This document shows, one piece after another, positions 39,829 through 49,922 of a stretch of DNA of 64,000 nt; within the stretch, counting starts at the first letter, position 1, and every line of letters begins with the position of its first letter. The position numbers were made by a program, and so were the translations under genes. The DNA comes from Actinomycetota bacterium (GTDB lineage: Bacteria; Actinomycetota; Actinomycetes; Streptosporangiales; Streptosporangiaceae). The stretch lies in the NCBI GenBank assembly GCA_003168255.1, contig PMSU01000071.1:4601-68600 (forward strand), written 5' to 3'. The notes below the pieces were generated by a model. The model saw nothing but the letters and a program-made list of their open reading frames with translations. It did no database searches and had not been told where the DNA came from.

Positions 39829-40274
39829 TGGTTGCTATCGGTGCGTGGCGGATTCGCTGATTACTTTATTGTCAATCGAGATACCGGAGTTACGGCATGA
39901 GCGGCAAGCATTTCACCGGCATGGTGAAATGGCGCCACATCTACTACCCGGCGTAAGGCGCCGGACTGCCTGGTAGATCGCACGTCAGCCGACGCCGCGG
40001 ACTACCTCGAGGGCCACGATCCGCTGTAGTGCGAACAAGTTCTCCCAGGTCCCGCGCTCCCGTTCCGCGGGTAGCGCACTGCGTGCGCGCCAGCACCCCC
40101 AACAGAGCGCCGTTCCATAACGTCGTCAAGGGGCATAAGCTTCAGCCAGCGCGCGGTTGCGCGTAGGGGTTGCGGCGCGGCTAGACACGGGTGGCTAGGG
40201 GGCTGTCCATGGTGGTCATCGTGTAGTATTCTCATCACATTTCCCTATTAACTCGATCACAAAAGAGCGGATAA

Positions 40275-41288
40275 ATGCGAAGAATTCTTACCGCTGCGGT
40301 CGTCGCGACAGTCGCGCTGTCGGCCGGATGCAGCTCGTCATCCGGTACATCTGGCTCCGGGGGGGGCCAGGTAACCCTGCGACTTGGCTTCCTCGCCAAC
40401 ATCACGCACGCACCGGCCCTGATCGGGGTCGAGCAGGGCATCTTCCAGAAGGCCCTGGGCAAGAATGTCACCCTCAAGGTGTCGATCTACAGCACCGGCA
40501 CCGAGGAGGCGACCGCCCTGCTTGCCAACCAGCTCGACGCGGCGTACGTCGGGCCAAACCCCGCCATTAACACCTGGCAGAAGTCCAGCGGCAAGGCCAT
40601 CAGGATCATCTCGGGGGTGGCCACGGGCGGTGCCTCGGTAGTTGTGAAAAAGGGCATCACGAGCGCCGCGCAGCTTAAGGGGAAGTCCATGGCCACGCCG
40701 TCGCTGGGCAACACCCAGGACGTGGCGCTGCGCTACTGGCTCAAGCAGCAGGGACTGACCACCACGTCGACCGGCGGCGGTGACGTTTCGATCAAGCCCG
40801 TCACGCCCAACTCGGCCTCGGTGCTCGAATTCAAGTCCGGGCAGATAGACGGTGGCTCCGAGCCGTCCCCGTACAACGTCGAGATGCTCCAGGACGGCGG
40901 GACGACGCTGCTCACCGAGCCTGGCGTCACGACGAACCTGGTGGCGACGCAGGCCTTCATCGCGGCACATCCCACCGTCATCAGCGGGCTGCTCGAGGGC
41001 CAGATCAAGGCGGACGCATACATCGCGCAGAATCCGACGGGCGCTGAGACGGCAGCCAATGCCGAGCTCACCAAGCTGGAGGGTAAGGGCATCAAGTCCA
41101 GCGTCCTGCCAGCGGCATTCAAGGAGATCACCTTTACCGACAACCCCGATGCGGCGTCGCTTGCGACGGACGCGAAGGAGGCGATAGCCGTGGGTTTGCT
41201 CAGCCCGGTCAACCTGAACGGAATCTACGATCTCGGCCCGCTCAACCAGCTGCTGAAGGCAGCAGGGGAGCCACAGGTCAGCTCATGA
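40275..41288 (+). CDS. NitT/TauT (SsuA-like) ABC substrate-binding lipoprotein
   Basis: Lipobox SAGC; LRLGFLANITHA, YVGPNPA and TPSLGNTQDVALR. Confidence 0.9.
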   Translation: MRRILTAAVVATVALSAGCSSSSGTSGSGGGQVTLRLGFLANITHAPALIGVEQGIFQKALGKNVTLKVSIYSTGTEEATALLANQLDAAYVGPNPAINTWQKSSGKAIRIISGVATGGASVVVKKGITSAAQLKGKSMATPSLGNTQDVALRYWLKQQGLTTTSTGGGDVSIKPVTPNSASVLEFKSGQIDGGSEPSPYNVEMLQDGGTTLLTEPGVTTNLVATQAFIAAHPTVISGLLEGQIKADAYIAQNPTGAETAANAELTKLEGKGIKSSVLPAAFKEITFTDNPDAASLATDAKEAIAVGLLSPVNLNGIYDLGPLNQLLKAAGEPQVSS

Positions 41289-42127
41289 GCATCACGCAGC
41301 GAGACATAGCCCCCTCGGAGACGTCCGGGGACTCCACGTTGCGTGACGCTTCCCGGTCTCCCGCGCAGGTGCGGGAGACCGGGGCTGCGGCCGTCCAGCT
41401 CACCGAGGTCTCGAAGGCCTACGGCAAGGGCCGGTCGTCGCTGCTCGCGCTTGACAAGGTGTCGCTGACCGTCGCGAAAGGGCAGTTCGTCTGCCTGATC
41501 GGCGCCTCCGGCTGCGGCAAGAGCACGATGCTCTCGCTGGTGGCCGGTCTTGACACACCCACCTCCGGTCTGGTTTCCACCGGCGGCAAGCGGGTCACGC
41601 TCATGTTCCAGGAGCCGGCCCTCTTCCCCTGGCTGACCGCGGCGAGAAACGTCGAGCTGGCGCTGCGAGCGCGCGGCGTAGCGAAGCAGGAGCGGCGCAT
41701 CCGCGCCGCTGAGCTGCTAGAAGCCGTTCATCTGCACGGCTTTGGTGACAAACGGCCGCACGAGCTGTCCGGCGGCATGCGCCAGCGGGTCGCGATGGCG
41801 CGCGCGCTGGCTCAGGATGCCGACGTGCTGCTGATGGACGAGCCGTTCGGCGCGCTGGACGCGATGACGCGTGACCTGCTGCACGAGGAGCTTGAGCGGA
41901 TCTGCCGGGAACGCGCGCTGACCGTGCTCTTCGTTACCCACAACGTCCGGGAGGCAGCGCGGCTCGGCGACCGGGTGGTCGTGCTGAGCAGCCGGCCGGG
42001 CCGGGTGATCGAGGAGATCGCTATCGACATCGAGCGGCCCAGGCGGATCGACTCGGCCGAGATCGCCGAGGTCGGCGCCCACCTGACCGACCTGCTGCGC
42101 AAGGAGATGGCGTCACATGGCCGCTGA
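41285..42127 (+). CDS. NitT/TauT ABC ATP-binding protein
   Basis: GASGCGKST, LSGGMRQR and MDEPFGALD motifs. Confidence 0.93.
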   Translation: MSITQRDIAPSETSGDSTLRDASRSPAQVRETGAAAVQLTEVSKAYGKGRSSLLALDKVSLTVAKGQFVCLIGASGCGKSTMLSLVAGLDTPTSGLVSTGGKRVTLMFQEPALFPWLTAARNVELALRARGVAKQERRIRAAELLEAVHLHGFGDKRPHELSGGMRQRVAMARALAQDADVLLMDEPFGALDAMTRDLLHEELERICRERALTVLFVTHNVREAARLGDRVVVLSSRPGRVIEEIAIDIERPRRIDSAEIAEVGAHLTDLLRKEMASHGR

Positions 42128-42995
42128 CACCACTGACACCGCGCTGGCCGGTCTTGACAACCTCGAGCTCGGTCCCAAGCCCGGGCGAGACTACTGGCGG
42201 GGAACCGGCGGCAAGGCGCTGGGATCGATCTGGCCCAAGCTGCTGGCGATCGTGATCGTGCTGGCCCTCTGGCAGCTGGTATATCTCAGCGGCTATAAGT
42301 CGCCGATCATTTTCCCCTCGCCTTTCACCACCCTGCCCAACCTGTGGAGTCAGCTGCAGCATGGCCTGCTCTGGCAGGCCATCGAGACCACGCTGCGCCG
42401 GGCGGCCATCGGCTTCGGGCTTGCCCTGGTCATCGGCTCACTGGTTGGCGCACTCGTATCCAGGATAAAACCGCTGCGCGCCGCGGTCGGCTCCATGATC
42501 ACCGGCTTGCAGACTATGCCGTCAATCGCCTGGTTCCCCTTCGCGATCATCTTCTTCGGCGAGACGACCCAGGCCATTCTCTTCGTTATCGTGCTCGGCG
42601 CGGCTCCGTCGATCGCGAACGGCCTGATCGCCGGAGTGGACTACACCCCGCCGCTGCTGCTGCGCGCGGGCAAGACCATGGGCCTGCATGGCTTTGCGCT
42701 GTACCGGCACCTGATCCTGCCGGCCTCACTGCCGACGTTCGTAGCCGGGCTCAAGCAGGGCTGGGCGTTCGCCTGGCGCAGCCTGATGGCCGGCGAGTTG
42801 CTGGTGCTCATCGCGGGTCAGGCGTCGATCGGAGTGCTGCTCTCCAACGATCAGGACCAGCTGGACATGGCGAGCGCGATATCGATCATGATCGTGATCC
42901 TGATAATCGGCATCTGCGTCGACGCTCTGTTCGGCCAGGCAGACCGGACGATCCGGCGGCGACGCGGGCTGGCGGACGCCACCGTGGGCACCTGA
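42117..42995 (+). CDS. NitT/TauT ABC permease
   Basis: LQTMPSIAWFP and WAFAWRSLMAGE motifs. Confidence 0.92.
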   Translation: MAADTTDTALAGLDNLELGPKPGRDYWRGTGGKALGSIWPKLLAIVIVLALWQLVYLSGYKSPIIFPSPFTTLPNLWSQLQHGLLWQAIETTLRRAAIGFGLALVIGSLVGALVSRIKPLRAAVGSMITGLQTMPSIAWFPFAIIFFGETTQAILFVIVLGAAPSIANGLIAGVDYTPPLLLRAGKTMGLHGFALYRHLILPASLPTFVAGLKQGWAFAWRSLMAGELLVLIAGQASIGVLLSNDQDQLDMASAISIMIVILIIGICVDALFGQADRTIRRRRGLADATVGT

Positions 42996-43011
42996 CAGGG
43001 TGCTCACCCCG

Positions 43012-43806
43012 TCAGGGCAGTCGGCGGGCAACACGTAGCTCGAACAGGTAGCGCTTGGTGATCCTGCCCCCGTAGCGGGACTCGATCAGGCCGGCCAGGC
43101 AGCTGAGCAGGCCATCACGTGCGGTTGGCGCCATGGACGCGATGTTCGAGTACGTCCGCAGCGTGTCGACGAAGGCGTCGGCCGTGTACTCCAGGTCCAG
43201 CTCAAACCGGCGGAACACGGGCCGGGCCAGCCGCCCGGACTCGTCCAGGTCGCGGCTGTCCCGGGGTATCTCCTCGGCGGTGGGTAGCTGGAAACCCGGC
43301 TGGCTGCTGGCGTCCCAGCGCTCGTAGCAGGCTTGCGAGTCGGCGGCGAACGCCAGGCTGCCGCCGGCCACGTGATGGGTGGCCACCGTGGCCACTGATC
43401 CGCCCGGCCGCAGCGCGTCCGCCACTTTGGTCACCCAGGCCGCCGGGTCGAACCAGTGCAGTGCCGTCGCGCACACCGCCGTGTCGAACGGCTCGGCAGG
43501 AAGCGGCCAGTCCTCAAAGGCGGAATTGACGACATTCGCGCCCGGGAAGGACGCCAGGTTGCGGCGCGCCACGGCGGCGAGCGCGGGACCGAGTTCGACG
43601 GCGGTGACAGTACAGCCCATCGCGGCGAGGGGCACGGTGAGCTGTCCCGTGCCGGGGGCGATCTCGAGCACGCGGCTGCCGGGGCCGATCCCGGCCAGGT
43701 CGGCGAGATCCGCGACGAGTTCCGCCGGATAGTGCGGGCGTGCCCGGTCGTACCGCTCGGCGTCTTCGTCGAAGGTGCGGCGCAGTTGCTCCCGGCCGGC
43801 GGTCAC
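43012..43806 (-). CDS. Class I SAM-dependent methyltransferase
   Basis: YDRARPHYP, VLEIAPGTG and ATALHW; GTGA overlap with the fdhD stop. Confidence 0.88.
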   Translation of the reverse strand: MTAGREQLRRTFDEDAERYDRARPHYPAELVADLADLAGIGPGSRVLEIAPGTGQLTVPLAAMGCTVTAVELGPALAAVARRNLASFPGANVVNSAFEDWPLPAEPFDTAVCATALHWFDPAAWVTKVADALRPGGSVATVATHHVAGGSLAFAADSQACYERWDASSQPGFQLPTAEEIPRDSRDLDESGRLARPVFRRFELDLEYTADAFVDTLRTYSNIASMAPTARDGLLSCLAGLIESRYGGRITKRYLFELRVARRLP

Positions 43807-44771
43807 GACGCGGAAATCCGGCTGGCGCCGGTGTACACATTCATCGAGCCGCCACGCAGGAAGCCGACGAGCGTCAGGCCGGCCTCGTCGGCAAGCTCGG
43901 CGGCGAGCGAGGACGGCGCGGACACCGCCGCGAGCATAGGCAGCCCGGCGACAAGGGCCTTCTGCACGAGCTCGAAGGATGCCCGCCCGCTCACCAGCAG
44001 GATGCAGCCGGCCAGCGGCAGCCTGCCCTCGCGCAGCGCCCAGCCAACTACCTTGTCGACCGCGTTGTGCCGCCCCACGTCCTCGCGCAGGGCGAGCAGC
44101 GTGCCGTCTATAGTGAACGCCCCGGCGGCGTGCAGCCCGCCGGTGCGGGCGAACACCCGCTGCGCATCACGCAGCTTGCCGGGCAACTCGGCGAGTACGC
44201 CGGGTGAGACGTTCGCGTGATCGGCGGCCACGTCATAGCTGGCCCGCACCCTGATCGCGTCGATGCTGGCCTTCCCGCACACGCCGCACGCGCTGGTGGT
44301 CAGGAAGTTCCGCCGCAGCCTGTCGTCATCGATCTCGATACCGGCGGCCAGGGTCACGTCCGCGACGTTGCCGTGGTCGCTGTCCTCGGCATTGGCCATC
44401 GGATCGTGCTGTGCCGTCCCGTTCTGGCTGGTCACGGGGTGGTGGTCATGGCTCTCCTGGCAGATCCGGATCTCCGTGATATCGGACGCCGCCCGCACCA
44501 GGCCCTCGGTGGCCAGGAAACCCGCGGCCAGGTCGATGTCGTCGCCCGGCGTACGCATGGTGACCGCCAGCGGCCGGCCGTTGACCCGGATCGCCAGCGG
44601 CTCCTCGGTGGCCAGCAGGTCGGCCCGGTGCGAGAGCACGGCCGACCCCGGGCCGGAGCTGACGCGGCCGACGGGATCGCCGGCGCTGCCCGGGCCGCCA
44701 GAGCTAACAGCGCCGACGGGAGCGGGCACGGCGATGCGCAGGATCCGCCGCCTGGCCGTCCTGCCCGTCAT
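43803..44771 (-). CDS. fdhD: Formate dehydrogenase accessory sulfurtransferase
   Basis: EEPL, MRTPG, SACGVCG, TGGLHAA, REDVGRHNAVDK and SAPSSLA motifs. Confidence 0.95.
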   Translation of the reverse strand: MTGRTARRRILRIAVPAPVGAVSSGGPGSAGDPVGRVSSGPGSAVLSHRADLLATEEPLAIRVNGRPLAVTMRTPGDDIDLAAGFLATEGLVRAASDITEIRICQESHDHHPVTSQNGTAQHDPMANAEDSDHGNVADVTLAAGIEIDDDRLRRNFLTTSACGVCGKASIDAIRVRASYDVAADHANVSPGVLAELPGKLRDAQRVFARTGGLHAAGAFTIDGTLLALREDVGRHNAVDKVVGWALREGRLPLAGCILLVSGRASFELVQKALVAGLPMLAAVSAPSSLAAELADEAGLTLVGFLRGGSMNVYTGASRISAS

Positions 44772-44839
44772 GACCGTCCCTTCGCAGCGCCCCGCCCCTC
44801 GAAGGCTACGCCGCACCAGCCTCGTGATTTGATGGGGAC

Positions 44840-47800
44840 GTGCGCAGCTGGATCACCTCGTGGCCGGTCTACCGGCAGCTGACGGGCGGGGATCCGCTAG
44901 GACGCGGCGCTGCGGTCCGGTCACCGCACACCGATGATGCCGCCCCCCGCACCGAGCAAGCCGACCGCGTCGTCGGCTCCGTCTGCCCGTACTGCGCGGT
45001 CGGCTGCGGCCAGCGCGTCTATGTCTCGCAGGTGAACGGCACCGATACGGTCACCCAGATCGAGGGCGACCCCGACTCGCCGGTCTCCCGCGGCAGGCTC
45101 TGTCCCAAGGGCGCGGCCAGCAGACAGCTCGTTACTCACGCCGGGCGCCAGACGAAGGTCCTTTACCGTCGGCCGAACGGCTCCGAGTGGGAGTCGCTCG
45201 GATTGGATCAGGCCATGGACATGATCGCCGATCGGGTGATCAAGGTCAGGCAGGAGACCTGGCAGGAGTCGGACCAGGGCAAGCAGGTCCGCCGGACGCT
45301 CGGCATCGCGAGCCTGGGCGGCGCCACCCTGGACAACGAAGAGAACTACCTCATCAAGAAGCTGTGGACGGCACTCGGCGCGATCCAGATCGAGAACCAG
45401 GCGCGGATTTGACACTCCGCCACCGTCCCCGGTCTGGGGACCAGTTTCGGCCGCGGCGGCGCTACCACCTTCCCCCGCGACCTGGTGAACGCTGACTGCA
45501 TCGTGATCGCCGGGTCCAACATGGCCGAATGTCACCCGGTCGCCTTCCAGTGGGTGACCGAGGCAAAGCGGCGCGGTGCCACGGTGATTCACGTCGACCC
45601 CAGGTTCACCAGGACCAGCGCGCTGGCCAGCAAGTACGTCCCGGTCCGGGCGGGCAGCGACATCGTGTTCCTCGGCGCGCTGGTCAACCACGTGCTGTCC
45701 GGCGGCCACGAATTCCGCGACTACGTCACCGCGTACACCAACGCCGCCGACATGCTGCCGGATGAGTTCACCGACACCGAGGACGGCGGCGGGGTGTTCT
45801 CCGGCTACGACCCGCACACGCGAACCTACGACAACAGCAGCTGGCAGCCGACCGGCGAGCGTGACCTGACACTTACCCACCCGCGCTGCGTCTTCCAGGT
45901 GCTGAAGCGGCACTTCGCCAGGTACACGCCGGACCTCGTCGAGCGGGCCTGCGGGATCGAGCCGCGGGACTTTGCCGCGATCGCCGATGCGGTTGTCGCC
46001 AACAGCGGCCGTGAGCGCACCACCGCCTGGGTCTACGCGGTCGGCTGGACGCAGCACACCACCGGCGTGCAGCACATCCGCACTGCCGCCATCCTCCAGC
46101 TGCTGCTAGGCAACATGGGCAGGCCGGGCGGCGGCATCCTGGCGCTGCGCGGGCACGCGAGCATTCAGGGCTCCACCGACATCCCCACCCTGTTCCACTT
46201 GCTGCCCGGCTACCTGCCGATGCCGGCCGCCGACGACGCGGACCTGAACGGCTACCTGACCAGGCTCCCCGACACCGGGTTCTGGGGAAACAAGCGGGCC
46301 TACATGGTGAGCCTGCTGAAGGCGTGGTTTGGCGACGCTGCCACGACCGGCAACGACTTCTGCTTTGACCGGCTGCCCAGGATCACCGGCGAGCACGGTA
46401 CCTACCGCACCGTTCTCGACATGATCGACGGGAAGGTCAAGGGCTACTTCCTGATGGGCCAGAATCCCGCGGTCGGCTCGGCCGGCGCCAGGCTTCAGCG
46501 GCTCGCCATGGCCAACCTTGACTGGCTGGTAGTGCGGGACCTCACACTGATCGAGAGCGCGACGTTCTGGCGGGACGGACCGGAGATAGCAACCGGAGAG
46601 CTGGCGACCGAGCAGATAGCCACGGAGGTCTTTTTCCTGCCGGCCGCGTCGCACGTGGAGAAGGACGGTACGTTCACCAACACGCAGCGGATGCTCCAGT
46701 GGCACCACAAGGCGCTCGACCCGCCAGGAGATGCGCGGAGCGAGCTGTGGTTCATGTACCACTTGGGGAAGAAGATACGCGCCAGGCTGGCGGGATCGGG
46801 GATCACGGAGGATGCCGTGCTCGATCTCACCTGGGACTACCCGGAGGTCGGCGAGCACGCCGACCCGGACGCGTCGGCCGTGCTCCGCGAGATCAACGGG
46901 ACCGGCCCAGACGGCCGTGCGCTTGACGGCTTCGCCCAGCTCGCCGCGGACGGGTCCACCGCGTGCGGCTGCTGGATCTATTCGGGCTGCTACGGCGGGG
47001 GAGAGAACCAGACGGCACGGCGAGTCCCGTGGCAGCAGCAGTCCTGGGTGGCTCCGCAGTGGGGCTGGGCGTGGCCGGCGAACCGGCGGATCCTGTACAA
47101 CCGCGCATCCGCCGACCCGGCGGGCAAGCCGTGGAGCGAGAAGAAGGCGTACGTGTGGTGGGATGCCGAGGCCGGCTCCTGGACCGGCCACGACGTGCCC
47201 GACTTCGAGCGCTCCAAGCCGCCGGGCTTCTCGCCAGAGCCGGGCGCGTCGGGCCCGATGGCGCTAGGCGGGAGCGATCCGTTCATCATGATGCACGACG
47301 GCAAGGGCGCGCTGTTCGTCCCCTCCGGGCTGGTTGACGGTCCGCTGCCCGCGCACTATGAACCTGCCGAGTCGCCGGTCGGCAACGCGGTTTACAAGCA
47401 GGGCGCCAGCCCGGTCAGCGAGCTCTACCCAGAGCACAAGATGACCCGCGACCAGCTCGCCCCCGGCCCGAGCGAGCCCGCAGGCCTGGTGTACCCGTAC
47501 GTGCTCACCACCTACCGGCTCACCGAGCACCACACGGCAGGGGGCATGAGCCGGACCCTGTCGAGGCTGGCCGAGCTACAGCCGGAGATGTTCTGCGAGG
47601 TGTCCCCGGCGCTTGCCGCCGCTCGTGGCCTGGAGAACGGCGGCTGGGCCACGATCGTGTCCGCGCGCGCCGCGATCGAGGCCCGGGTCCTTGTCACCCG
47701 CAGGATCCGGCCGTTGCGGTTGCCTGGCGAGGGCGTGATCCACCAGGTGGGCCTGCCCTATCACTGGGGCGGCAATGGCCTGGTGACCGGCGATTCCGCC

Positions 47801-47986
47801 AACGACCTGCTGCCGTTCGCGCTGGATCCGAACGTGTTTATCCAAGAGAGCAAGGTGGCGACCTGCGACATCAGGCCGGGGCGCAGGCCGCGCGGCGCCG
47901 CGCTCGACGTCCTGGTGGCCAAGTACCGCCACTCGGCGGGCCTGCCCGATCTGCCCGATAACCGGCCGGGCGGGGGTGTCTCGTGA
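44840..47986 (+). CDS. Selenocysteine-containing formate dehydrogenase alpha subunit (UGA at 45410-45412 read as Sec, residue 191)
   Basis: The two track ORFs share one frame; CPYCAVGC..CPKG Fe-S motif; ENQARI-U-HSATV active site; Mo-bisPGD motifs; SECIS hairpin and sel genes nearby. Confidence 0.95.
45425..45441 (+). promoter_or_regulatory. Bacterial SECIS element
   Basis: GTCCCC-GGTCT-GGGGAC hairpin separated from the in-frame UGA by 12 nt. Confidence 0.85.
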
Positions 47987-48909
47987 GCGGCCGGATGCAG
48001 CGCCCGGTGGCCGACGTGGTGGCCGAGGCCGGTTACGACGACCCGCCCGAGCGCGTCGGGTTCTTCACCGATACCAGCGTGTGCATCGGGTGCAAGGCCT
48101 GCGAAGTGGCCTGCAAGGAGTGGAACGCGCTGCCGGGCGACGTGTCAGGAGATTCCTGGGCTTCCGGCGCCGCATCGCTGTCCGCCGCGCCGCCCGATGC
48201 GCTCGCGCTCACCGGCATGTCCTACGACAACACCGGCCAGCTCGGCGCGGACTCCTGGCGGCACGTCGCGTTCATCGAACAGCAGGTGCCGGCCGGGCAC
48301 GGCACAGCGCTGGCGCTGGCCGACGACGTGGCGGAGTCCGACGGTACCCGCTGGCTGATGGCCTCCGACGTGTGCAAGCACTGCACGCATGCGGCGTGCC
48401 TGGACGTGTGCCCGACTGGCGCCCTCGTCCGCACCGAGTTCGGCACCGTGATCGTGCAGCCAGATATCTGCAACGGGTGCGCCTACTGCGTCTCCGCCTG
48501 CCCGTTCGGTGTCATCGACCGCCGCGAGGACGATGGCCGGGCCTGGAAGTGCACGATGTGCTACGACAGGCTGCGCGGCGGCCTGGAGCCGGCCTGCGCC
48601 AAGGCCTGCCCGACCGACTCGATCCAGTTCGGCCCGCTCGACGAGCTGCGGGCGGCGGCGGCGGCCAGGCTCGATGAGCTGCACGAGGCGGGCGAGGCAA
48701 GCGCGCGGCTGTACGGCGAGGATCCGGACGACGGTATTGGCGGGGCGGCGGCATTCTTCCTGCTGCTCGATGAGCCGGAGGTATACGGCCTGCCGCCCGA
48801 CCCCGTGGTAACCACCAGGGACCTGGCCGCGATGTGGCGATGGGCAGGTGGCGCGGCCGCCATGCTCGCCGCCGGGACCGTCGCGGTGTTCGCCCGGAGC
48901 CGCGTATGA
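47983..48909 (+). CDS. Formate dehydrogenase iron-sulfur (beta) subunit
   Basis: CIGCKACEVAC, CKHC..AC..VCP, CNGCAYC..ACP and CTMC..PAC..CP; C-terminal TM. Confidence 0.94.
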   Translation: MSGRMQRPVADVVAEAGYDDPPERVGFFTDTSVCIGCKACEVACKEWNALPGDVSGDSWASGAASLSAAPPDALALTGMSYDNTGQLGADSWRHVAFIEQQVPAGHGTALALADDVAESDGTRWLMASDVCKHCTHAACLDVCPTGALVRTEFGTVIVQPDICNGCAYCVSACPFGVIDRREDDGRAWKCTMCYDRLRGGLEPACAKACPTDSIQFGPLDELRAAAAARLDELHEAGEASARLYGEDPDDGIGGAAAFFLLLDEPEVYGLPPDPVVTTRDLAAMWRWAGGAAAMLAAGTVAVFARSRV

Positions 48910-49922
48910 CGCACGAGCCGCAGCCGCAGGATGCCGCCGGGGTCCAGGCCCGCTCCTACTACGGCCGGCCGGTGCTGAAGGTGACCAGGTGGCGCGAGCC
49001 GCATCTGCCTGCTTACCTGTTCCTCGGCGGGCTGTCCGGCGCTTCCGCCACGCTCGCCGCGGTCGCCGCCTGCACCCGGCGACCCAGGCTCGCTCGCGCG
49101 GCCAGGCTGGCCGCGGCCGGCGGCGCGCTCGGCGGCACCGGTTTCCTGGTCGCAGAGCTCGGCCGCCCGGAGCGCTTCCTCAACATGCTGCGGGTAGCCA
49201 AGCCCACATCTCCGATGAGCATGGGTGCATGGCTGCTCGCTGTGCACTCGGGACTGGTGATGGCCGCGGCGGGCAGCGATGTGACCGGGCGGCTGCGCCG
49301 CACCGGCGCGGCGGCGGGAGCCGCTGCGGCGCTGACCGGTCCCGTGCTCGCCACCTACCCCGGCGTACTGCTCGCGGACACCGCGGTGCCTGCCTGGCAT
49401 TCGGCCTACCGTCAGCTCCCGTTCCTGTTCGCCGGCAGCGCGATGGCAGCGGCCGGCGCGTCTGGCCTGGCGGCAACTGCCTGGCAGCGGTCCGGCCAGG
49501 ACGAAGGCGAGCCCGCGCTGCGGCTCGCCCTGCTCGGTGCGGCCGTTGAGGCGGCGGCCGGGCTGCACATGGAACATCGCCTCGGCCTGGCGGGCGAGCC
49601 CTATCGTGACGGCGACTCCGGCAGGCTCATGCGGGCGTCGCACACGCTGACGCTGGCCGGTGCTGGCGCGGGAGTGGTCATGGGCGTGGCCTCGCGGTCG
49701 AACCAGGAGGCCGCCAGGCGAGGGAGCCAGGGGACCGCCACGTGGTGGAGCCGCGGGACCGCCACGCTTTGCGCCGCGCTGCTGGGCGGCGGCGCGCTAT
49801 GCACCAGGTTCGCGGTGCTGCGCGCCGGGATCGCGTCCGCCCGCGACCCCAAGTACGTCGTCGAGGCGCAGCGGCGGCATCCGGTACCGTCGGCAGACGA
49901 CGGCCAAGGAGGTGCGCGTTGA
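48906..49922 (+). CDS. NrfD/PsrC-family membrane anchor
   Basis: SYYGRPVLK, YLFLGGL, LGRPERFLNML, SPMSMGAW and TAVPAW motifs. Confidence 0.88.
   Translation: MTHEPQPQDAAGVQARSYYGRPVLKVTRWREPHLPAYLFLGGLSGASATLAAVAACTRRPRLARAARLAAAGGALGGTGFLVAELGRPERFLNMLRVAKPTSPMSMGAWLLAVHSGLVMAAAGSDVTGRLRRTGAAAGAAAALTGPVLATYPGVLLADTAVPAWHSAYRQLPFLFAGSAMAAAGASGLAATAWQRSGQDEGEPALRLALLGAAVEAAAGLHMEHRLGLAGEPYRDGDSGRLMRASHTLTLAGAGAGVVMGVASRSNQEAARRGSQGTATWWSRGTATLCAALLGGGALCTRFAVLRAGIASARDPKYVVEAQRRHPVPSADDGQGGAR

Noticed and set aside
39890..39990. SAM-IV riboswitch upstream of the sulfur-type ABC importer
   Set aside because: Only a faint CATGAG..CCGGC resemblance; the conserved GGCAACC core is not found.
44840..45412. 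FDH alpha as a nonsense pseudogene or two genes
   Set aside because: The UGA is at the catalytic Sec position, with a SECIS hairpin and selABC present.
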